64,000 bases of DNA, from the NCBI RefSeq assembly GCF_963921235.1, contig NC_086118.1, positions 20,400,001 to 20,464,000 of the forward strand, in the 5' to 3' direction. A model generated the notes under the pieces. That model saw only the letters and a program-made list of their open reading frames with translations, made no database searches and had not been told where the DNA came from. Shown here piece by piece: positions 54,151-64,000 of the stretch (position 1 is the first letter of the stretch; every line of letters starts with the position of its first letter). Made by a program: the position numbers and the translations under genes. Origin of the DNA: Mobula hypostoma (lineage: Eukaryota).

Positions 54151-54650
54151 TTTTGTATATAAGCATTTATCACAATAGTAGTTAGCATTAGGTTTATTTG
54201 TATTGCCTCTTTTGAGAAGTAAAGTATTCGATTTTTTAAAAAATGGAAGTTCAAAATTCATTTAAATTCAACAGGTGGTCTATTTTTATAAAATGATTTT
54301 CATGTTGAATTTTATGCAGAAGTTTTTTTTAATGCTGCACAATTTTTGTTGTGGCAGTTGCAGGTTTAATTTAAAAAAACACTAAAATTTTAAAAGTCAC
54401 ATATTAAGACGTTGAAAAGCTATTTTTTTGTGATGCACAAATCCATTTTTCTGTATCGAGCTCTTAAGAAATTTGCTGATACTCTTAATGGAAAAGTATC
54501 AGTATGAGATTTTACAGGAGTAACCTAGGTTAAGTTGATTAGCTGTTTTGGTGAGGAATTTGGTTAAAATCCACTTAAGCTATTTAAGCATCTCATTTGT
54601 AGGACTTTTAAATGGGAGAATCTACTCCGCATTAGATGGATAATAGTTTT

Positions 54651-56240
54651 TTCAAAGTAAATTTATTATCAAAGTACATTTATGTCACCATATACAACCC
54701 TACGAATTATTTTCTTGTGGGCATAGTCAATAAATCTGTAGAATAATAACCGTAGCAGAATCAGTGAAAGACCACCCAATTTGGGTATTCAACCAGAGTG
54801 CAGAGACAACAAACTGTGCAAAAAAACAAAAATAAATAAATAACTACACAACTATCAAGAAATTAGATGTGAATCGATGAAAATGAGTCCCTTGGTTGTG
54901 CGAACATTTCAATAATGTGCAAGTTAAGTTATCCCCTTTGGTTCAAGAGGCTGACGGTTGAGGGGTAATAACTGTTCCTGAACCTGGTGTTGCGAGTCTT
55001 GAGGCTTCTGTATTTTCCTGATGGCAGCAGCAAGAAGAGAGCATGTCCTTGGTGGTGGGAGGCCCTGATGATGGATGCTGCTTTCCTGTGACAGTGTTTC
55101 ATGTAGATGTGCTCAATGCTGGGGAGGACTTTTTCTCATGATGGACTGGGCCTTATCCACTACATTTTGTAGGATTTTCCATTCAAGGGCATTGGTGTTT
55201 CCATTCTAGGCTGTGATACAGCCAGTCAATATACTCTCCATTGCACATCTGTAAAAGTTGATCAGTTTTAGATGTTAAGCTGAATTTCCACCAAGTCCTA
55301 AAGAAGTAGAGGCACTGCTGTTCTTTTTTCGTAATTACACTTTCATGCTGGTGCCAGGACGGATCTTCCAAAATAATAACCGTAAGGAATTTAAAGTTAC
55401 TGACCCTCTCCACCTCCGATCCTCCCACAAGGACTGGCTCATGGACTTCTGGTTTCCTTCTCATGAAGTCAATTATGGGCTCCATGGTCTTGCTGACATT
55501 AAGTGGTTGTTGCTATGGCATCTCTCACCCATATTTTCAATCTTTCTCCTATAAGCTGATTTGTCACCACTCCTGACTTGGCTTACGACAGTAGTGTTGT
55601 CAGCAAACTTGAATATGGCACTGGAGCTGTGTTTCGCCACACAGTCATGCGTGTAGAGCAGGGGGCTAAACACAGTGTTGTGGTGCCCCTGTGCTGATGG
55701 CCATAGTAGAGAAGATGTTGCCAATCTGAACTGACTGGGATATGCAAATGAGGAAATGGAGGATCCAATTGCATGAGGAGGTATTGAGGCCAAGGTTGTG
55801 GAGCTTATTAATTAGTTTTGAAGGGATGATGGTATTGAATGCTGAGCTGTAGTTGATACAGAGCATCCTAATGTGTGCATTTTTACTGTCCAGATGTTCC
55901 AGGGTTGAGTTGAAGAGCCATCTGTGGATCTGTTGCTCCGATAGGCAACTTGGAGCTTCTCAGGCAGGCGTTTGTTATGTTTCATCACTGATCTCTCAAA
56001 ACACTTCATTGTGGATATCCAACTGGGCAGTAGTCCTGGAGGTGGCTCCCTGTAATTGAAGCCTGCTTGATGCAGGTGGTACCTCAGACTGCTGAACTGA
56101 AAGGTTAAAGATTTCAGTGAACACTCCAGCCAGTTTGTCAACACAGGTCTTTAGTACTTGGCCAAGTACTCTGTCTGGAGTGAATGCTTTTTGTTGGTTC
56201 GTACTCCTAAAGGCTGCTGGCACATCGGTCTCAGACTGGA
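54651..56240 (-). mobile_element. Rex1/Babar LINE, 5'-truncated, degenerate
   Basis: [61 protein letters not shown]. Confidence 0.9.
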
Positions 56241-58593
56241 ATCAGAGAATCATCGGGGAATGTGGTGGGTATGTTCCATTGCTAATGTTGGAGTATTCTA
56301 GGTCTTAGACATTCATATCTCTGTCATCACCCGAAATAAATGATCTGAATATCATTTCATTCCTATTTTGAAACTTCCGACTGCAGATTTTTTTTATAGC
56401 AGTGATTACATTTAAAAGCTAATTTAGCAGCAAAGGACCTTGTGACATCTTGACATAATATAATGGGGCATGTATAAATGATAATGTATGTAAACCTCTG
56501 CATTTTTCTTATAAAAATTTCAGGCAATTAAGGGTGGTGTTGCATAATATTATGCATGCCTTTCAGGAATGTAGCAAATTAAAATAGCTTTAATTTAGTA
56601 ACACAAGTTACTGAATATATATGAATAGTCACTTAGTGAAACTAAAACCACAATATGTATATTTTTGGAGTTGGTGTAAGGTTCTTGGCAAGGAGCACCC
56701 CATAATCAGAAATTCACAATGAAGTTTGAAAAAGTTTCTTATTTGTAGAATGTAGCACCTTTTTAAATTTGGCAAAATGATAAGAGTCACTGAAGTCGTA
56801 CCAAATTTCCTTTACTTCTGCAGAAGGCTGAGGTGTTGGCATGCTTTTGCGGCTATTGTGTCCATCTGACAGGACCCGGACAAGTTATTGATGATATTTA
56901 CACCAAGAGCTTATTTTCTTTCCAAGTCTAGTCTGTTTGTGACTCCTTAGATCAATAAAATAGATAAACTATTTTACTGTGGATTGTCATTGTTCTGACT
57001 TGTATCAGATAGCATAGAAATGTGAGAAAATTAATCTGTATTGAATTGGAAAGTGAGTCCATTCAGATCAGGGAGTTGGTCCTAATTTCAGTACTAAAAT
57101 GTGTTTGGCCAAAAATGTGAGCAATAAAGGTTGTGCATTCATAAATTGCAGAAGTATGTTCTAATTATTTATAGAAATGAAAAACTGTTTAATAAATGTT
57201 TTGCTTTGTGAAACCAAGAAGTACGATTTAGAAATCTTTATTTTGAGAGTTGGCCAAGGAGAGTTCCAAATCTGCTCATTTGAAATGCTTAAAATATATA
57301 TATTAAGGATAATATTCAGTCTTGCATCCTGATGTTAGTTATCAGACTGAAGTGAAATATTTCCAAAGTAAATGTTTGTTTTGAAATCTGCAGTTAACGA
57401 TAAAGGTGTTATTAGATTAAATAATTTAAAATGTTGGTGAAAAGTGGTAAGTTTGTAAGTTATGGCAGCATGAGAAGCCAACAAAAGGTGACCAAAATTT
57501 GATGAGGTTAAAGTTTATGTACCTCTTTGACATAACATGTTTTCCTTGTACAATGTCTATGGGACTCCTTCCCTTTCTGGGCCTCTCTCCTGTGCCCAGC
57601 TTTTCCAGTTGCTTATTTGATATTTAAAAGTGAATGGACATAGATTTCTTCCTGTTTAAATATTAAGACTAGATGTGTTGGGGTGAATCTTAATCTCAAA
57701 GGACATGGAATTGATGATGGTTGAGATTTTAAGATGCCCAACCTGCTTAATTCACAGGTTGATGTAAGTAGGGTGTGGTCCAACCACAGCTGTCACCAGA
57801 AGTCATTGACAACCATAAACCATTTGTCTTTGATTAGTGTACTCCGCCAGTTTTAACTCTGGCCAGCTGTGATTTGAAGGCCTCAGATTTTTATGCAGTT
57901 TTCTGAACTCTGAATCATTCCTTATTTTCATTATTTTTCTGATATTAACTCTACTTTCAGCTTGATTGAAGTTCAGCAAATTGCCTCTTTTTTTTTAAAT
58001 TTTGCATTTCCACTTCTTTAAAACCTTCCTCTTGAAACCTGGAGTATTTTAATTAAGATATTAATTTCATGAATATGTCAGGGATAATAAACTGTTTCTG
58101 ACCTGTTTTTAGTTTCTTTTCCTTGGCTTCACTTCAACCATGCTTCTGGTCTAAATATATGTGACTTAAATTGTGCTTAATATTTTACGAAGTAGCTTGG
58201 AATGTTCCACTCTGAAGGTGCAATTTTTTTTTTGAAAACTGAAAGATGATCTGGAGACAAAAGACATGAGAACATGACAAAATCTCTTGCAAAAAATAGA
58301 AAATGTCGATCAATTTGGAACACTGATCATTTTTTAAAAATACGTTTAAGTGGCTGAATTTTAATTTTGCAATATTACGCTCATGTTCAACTAAGATGAG
58401 TCTTATTCAGTAATTTGGCATTGTGAATTTAGAAGTTGAGCCTGGCTAAGATGTTCATTCAGGAAATACTTTAGTTCTCCTATTAAACAACTTTTATTTC
58501 AGCACATTAAAATCATTGTTAGTTAGGACTTGGACCCCAGAATTTATTATATTTTCTTAATGTGTTTTTAAGTGTGTGAACAGGAAATATATT

Positions 58594-58870
58594 TAGAGTC
58601 ATATACCTTGGAATACACCATGAAAAAATGGCCTTTCAGCCCAAAATGCCCCAAAATCTAAGGCTGCATTTGCCTGCATTTGGCCCATATTTTTCTGCAG
58701 CTTTCCTATCCATGCACCTGTCCAAGTGTCTTGTAAACATTATTATTGTTTCTGTTTCAACCACTTCCTCTGACAGTTCATTCTATATACATACCTCTCT
58801 GAAGAAGTTGCCCTTTGGATCACTTTTAAATCTTAGCTCTCTCACCTTAATCCTATGCCCTCTTTTTTTG
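58594..58870 (-). mobile_element. CR1-related 3' fragment, degenerate
   Basis: ttggcccatat..ctttcctatccatgcacctgtccaagtgtctt..accacttcctctgacagttcattc..tgaagaagttgccc parallels 20280-20470. Confidence 0.6.
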
Positions 58871-59535
58871 TGTTCCCTTTCTTCAGTCTCTTACTCAAAG
58901 ATATAAAGTCGTCGCCTGCACAATCTCTCATAAAGACGTTTCAGAATTTTTCTCAAAACATTTTTAGGGAAAAAGCAAGCATTACTGTGGTGGGATGGCT
59001 GAATTCTATGATACATTGTTATCAACAGATGGAGGTTGTTTCAGGAGTGAATTATCTCAATATGACTGCAAACATACAGAGTTGATGTTTTGTAAAGATG
59101 TCACACAACCAAGAAAAACAGTACCAGCTGATCTGCATAAGGGACATACTAGCTTGTAGCAAATGGGTGTGATTACTTGAAGTTGTTTTTGCAGTAGTCC
59201 CAGTGTTGTGCACACTTCTGCTAGGGAGTTAATGAGACTGTTTATCCCTGGTATCATCTATAAATAGCCATTTGCTCTTTGAAAATCAGTTGCTGTTAGT
59301 GTTTACAGTGCTACAAATCTGAAGTTCATCAGATTACTGACTCATAATCTGACCATTAGTATTTCATATGGAAATTCAGTAACTGTTTAAAATTATCTGC
59401 AGAACAGAAATCATTAGTGAGTTTACATTATATTTAAATATTAAAAGTACCTTTAGTCCAGTTTTTTAAAAATGAATTGTCTTCTGTTTTGCTGAACCTT
59501 TTTTATAGTTCCAAATATACAGTGACCTCTAAGAA

Positions 59536-59635
59536 AACACACAAAATGCTGGAGGAACTCAACAGGCTAGGCAGCATCTACCGGGGTGGGGGGGCGGGGG
59601 AGTACTGTTAATATTTCAGGCCAAAACCCTTTGGC
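59536..59635 (-). mobile_element. Short Penelope terminal-repeat fragment
   Basis: acacacaaaatgctggaggaactcaacaggctaggcagcatcta..tttcaggccaaaaccctt. Confidence 0.65.
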
Positions 59636-60359
59636 AATACTGACCTCTAATTTGAGATCAATGTCAAAATAATGCATTTGTCTCTTCATAACTGATCTTT
59701 GCAGGTTATAGTATAGATAACAAGTATTCTCATAACTAACTCCTTGGGTTATTCAAGCCCAAGACTTTTGCATATGCTCTCAAGACTGGAAGTTGAGTAC
59801 TTTTCTGAAACATTTGACAGATCAAATCTGCCAATTCATTCCACTGCTTCTAGAGTCAGAAGAGCAGAGGCAGCCAGTCAAGTCAGTACCAGTTCAATGC
59901 AAAATTAGTCCTCTTCATTCCAATCCTCTATCCATTTTCCCTTTAATAGCTCTGCATATTTCTTCAGATACTTCCCTGGATTCCTTTTGAACACCAAAAG
60001 TGTATCTGCCTCCACTACTACTATTGGAGCGCATTCTAGATATATTTATGCTTCTTTAAAAAAAATTATGTTTTTTGCCAGACACCTTTGTTCTCCCATT
60101 TCTTAATCCTTCCACCAATGGAAACAGTTATTCCTTCACTATACGGTTTGCAATTTTTAATAACATTTCAATTCCGCTCAACTTTGTGTTCCATTGAGAA
60201 CAATTCCCCTTCTCCAATCTGTTCACATAACTAAAACCATTTTCTCAATCTATGCTACCATTTTCAATTTGCATTTACCCTACAACTCTGTTCTTGTGCC
60301 CTTTGTAGAATTGTGCATTTTAATTTACATTGGCTGTTTATTTTCCTACTGTATTTTCT

Positions 60360-60635
60360 GGCTAAGAAAGATCTCCAACCACCATCTTCAATGTCACCAA
60401 GAGGACATGCCACAATCATGGTGAGGAAACGCTGGAGATGGATTTGGGCAAGAGAGGCCAATTCCATCATCAAGACAGCACTTCACTGGACCAAAGCAAA
60501 CTTGACGCCATACCGTAGAGGCAGAAAATGAGGACCCTGAACCACACCTGGGGCGCAATAGAGAAGATGGCGGAGGACAGAGATGGAGGACCTTCACTGC
60601 TGCCCTGAATGCTAGCAGTGTACCGGCAGTAACTA
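60360..60635 (+). mobile_element. RTE-type LINE 3' fragment
   Basis: RKRWRWI..EANSIIKTALHWT..RTVEAE..TLNHTWGAIEKMA..RWRTFTAALNA. Confidence 0.7.
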
Positions 60636-61159
60636 TGTTCCAATAGTGAGGTTCACATTTGCTGGATTTCCCCAGCATCTCACTGGGAAACTGCCTGTTG
60701 GATATCTGTGTTCTGAGACCCTGTTAATTTTGATGGGGATTGTAGAGCAGAGAGTTAAAAGTTTACTTATTTTGCTTTAAAAGGTTTTAATTGTCTTCTC
60801 AACTACTTTAAGTTTTCAGGTATTTTTATTTTAGTTTTAATTTCATATCTTTGGATGTCAGGGAGACTGGAAAAATCTATTAACATGAATGCATCTATAC
60901 ATGCTTCTCTGCGTTGAGTGTCAGAGATGATTGGGGCATTGGACCTCTGGGCTATCTGTTGGAGGCGAGCGAGTCAGGCTCTCTTCTTCAAATCTTGATA
61001 AGTTTGGGCTTGGGCACCAACCAAGCTATTTCTGGGTGGCATCAGGCCAGTGCAGTCTAGGTCATGAATGTTAAATGTGCTTGAACACACCTATTGTATA
61101 TAAACAATACAGAAATTATCAAATGGCCTTAATGTTAAATTCCAATATTAATGTGGAGA

Positions 61160-61276
61160 GACAGTAGATGCTGGGATCCGAAGCAAAAAAAAGTCTCTTA
61201 GAGCAACTAAGGGAGTCAGGCAACATCTTTTGGAGGGGACAGTTGACATTTTGGGTTGAGACCCTGCATTATCAGT
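61160..61276 (-). mobile_element. Short Penelope terminal-repeat fragment
   Basis: cagtagatgctgg..gtcaggcaacatc..cagttgacattttgggttgagaccctgcat, about 110 bp upstream of the exon 2 acceptor. Confidence 0.6.
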
Positions 61277-61327
61277 TTAATTTATTTGCCCTAAAGTTAG
61301 TGCTAATTAGCATTTGTATTCTGCTAA

Positions 61328-61579
<252 letters not shown>

Positions 61580-62461
61580 TAAGCTGCTAGATAACACTGT
61601 TATTGCATTACATAATCTGGTTTATTACATTGTCAGTTTGACTTCCATTAACAAAGAGCTAAGATCTTCATTCTTAAGATGAATTTTCAAGTATTATGAA
61701 AGGAGAAATGTATTAGGAATACTTGAGAGGGAATTGAATAAAATATGGGTAATCAACAGTATAATGCTTAGCATGTGAGTATGGAGTGATATTATGTTTA
61801 GCATGGCCAGTTTGGGTTTTTCATACCAGTTTCCTAGGCAATGGAGTTCTCTAATGTATTTTGAAGTCTGAATGTTACTAGTTTCTCTCTCAGCCTCTCA
61901 TTGAATCATCAACTGACCATGAATATATCTGCTGATCAGCTTCTGTAGATTTCCTTGTTTTTGTATAATCTATTTCCTAGTAACCTACCACTATAATTCA
62001 GAACTATCCTTTTAACAATATTTTCAGTTCTGTTCATCTTTCTTACTTTAACTCTTGTGTTCCTTTAAATCTAACACAACTTGCAGATTTTGCCTATTTG
62101 CATTATTCTGTGAACCCACTGCCTTATCCACTAGTTGATGCTTGTATTCTTAGACTAGTCACCACCTTTTGCATCAGTCTGTTCTCTAACATGCAAGCTT
62201 CATTGCATTTCATCTTCCTCCTCATTATTTTCATCTATTTCAGATCCCTCTAATGGGTCATCCTCAGTACATCCACATATTACTTTTCTGTTAATGATCT
62301 GGAGTTGGTAGGAACCCAATTTAACATTGAGAACAGTTTCAATATAAGTTTTCCTTGTACTGAAACTGTTCTGTGTAGTTAGCTAATCCTTTTCTTTCAA
62401 TCTTTTCATCTGTTTTGTTGCATTGCTGCTCCATTGTTTGCACCAACTTAAAATTATTTGA

Positions 62462-62698
<237 letters not shown>

Positions 62699-63224
62699 TA
62701 GAGGGTCTTGAACCTAGTTGACTTCAGATGGAAATTTTGTCAGCTGAGCCATCACCAACAGATATTGACTTATAATTGTAATAACACATGCAGCATAAAC
62801 ACAAAAAAATTATCTTCTCTGAAATGAACCTGGATTTCAAATTACTGTCTTACAAAGAGGAAACTTTGACATGTTGACTTTCTGAACGGGACGTTCTGAA
62901 ACCCCAGTGTAGTATTTATGATTTTGTATGTACAATTCAGGAATATTTGGCCACTACAGGCTTTTACAAATAATGATGAAACAAATCATCAATTTTTTAA
63001 ATGTAGTTGGTGATTAAATTGCCTGCACACGGGTAATGTTGAAGACCTCTTACTTTTGACTAAATTTTGTATGTTTTTATTAACAACTTTGTTTTACCAG
63101 AACAAACCAAAATTAATCACTTGCTTCATGCAAATATTACTCCACTTTGCCTTCAGATATGCTATTGTTGATAATAAGAAATAATCAGCAGGAGAGTAGC
63201 ACATTTGTTGGTGTTTTTTTTCCC

Positions 63225-63440
63225 CCCACTGAGCATCAGGGATCCGTATTTGATTCTAGCTTCTTTTGTTGTTTTGTGGAGTTAGCATACTTCCCTTCCA
63301 GCCACATAGGTTTTGGCAGGTTCTGCCAATTCCCAGAGATTTTCCAGTAGGTTAATTTTCTACTCAATTTACCCCTTGGAGTGATTGCCAGAAAGCTCAA
63401 AGGGTAGCTGATAGGCATGTGAGGAAGTAATTGTTGGGCA
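63225..63440 (+). mobile_element. Degenerate V-SINE-like element
   Basis: cagggatccgtatttgattct..tgtggagttagcatacttccc..taggttaatt..aatttacccct resembles a tRNA B-box followed by a V domain. Confidence 0.4.
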
Positions 63441-64000
63441 ACAGGCAAAGTAAGGAGGGGAAATCAATGCAAGATTCTTCTGCTTAGATCCAATGCAACA
63501 AATGACCTCCCTTGTCATAATTAGATAAGTGTATATTAAATGACTTTTTAATTTAAGATTTAGATTAGATCAAATTGACTGGAGACCTCTTACACAATTT
63601 GAAAATGGTTAATTTTATTTTCTGAAAGGGCAAATGTATTTTAATCCACTTCGTAAATTTATTTATTTAGAGCATTACTCGGTCATATAAAGCAGATTAG
63701 CTTTAAGATCAAGCTCTATCACTCCTGGCTGAGCAATATGCCATGAAAATTGTTCAGCACCAGAATAATCTGAATGCATTTCTCATTCCCTGGGCAAAAA
63801 AGTGAAAACTGAATCAGTAGTTGTTTTGCTGCTTTTGTTAAATAATAAGTTGGTTAAAATCATGAATATGGAGCTTGCAGGAACTTTGCAGTATAATAGA
63901 ATGTGTTCATTCAAATAGAACTGATTGAGTGGAGTGCAATGTTTGAAGGTACCAGTTTTGAACCAAAATTCAGTGGAAGAAAATTGTTCTTGATAACTTT

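Overview
Vertebrate genomic DNA, most likely a cartilaginous fish (ray/shark, inferred from the repeat families). The window holds the CpG-rich promoter and first three coding exons of a FOXK2 gene on the + strand: exon 1 CDS 8143-8654, exon 2 61384-61578 and exon 3 62473-62626. These encode the FHA domain; the forkhead domain lies beyond the window. Intron 1 is about 52.7 kb and is packed with transposable elements: a CR1 LINE with an uninterrupted 967-codon EN-RT frame, a full-length L1 with a 12-bp TSD, two IR/DR Tc1 elements, several Tigger/pogo derivatives, Rex1/Babar and RTE fragments, and short Penelope-terminus copies with hammerhead-like motifs. Two longer Penelope-like remnants lie upstream of the gene. 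The main observations are: (i) this FOXK2 carries the N-terminal [15 protein letters not shown] motif recalled from FOXK1 but not from mammalian FOXK2; (ii) a 12-kb nested block in which one Rex1 element is split by a Tc1 (itself holding a Tigger), an L1 and a tail-to-tail CR1 pair; (iii) a sense-strand intronic hammerhead core and hairpins derived from Penelope termini; (iv) a chimeric Tigger with strong recalled similarity to mammalian MER2/Tigger4. No wholly new biological system can be demonstrated from sequence alone. All family names and cross-species comparisons come from recognition and memory, not database searches, and many repeat boundaries are approximate.
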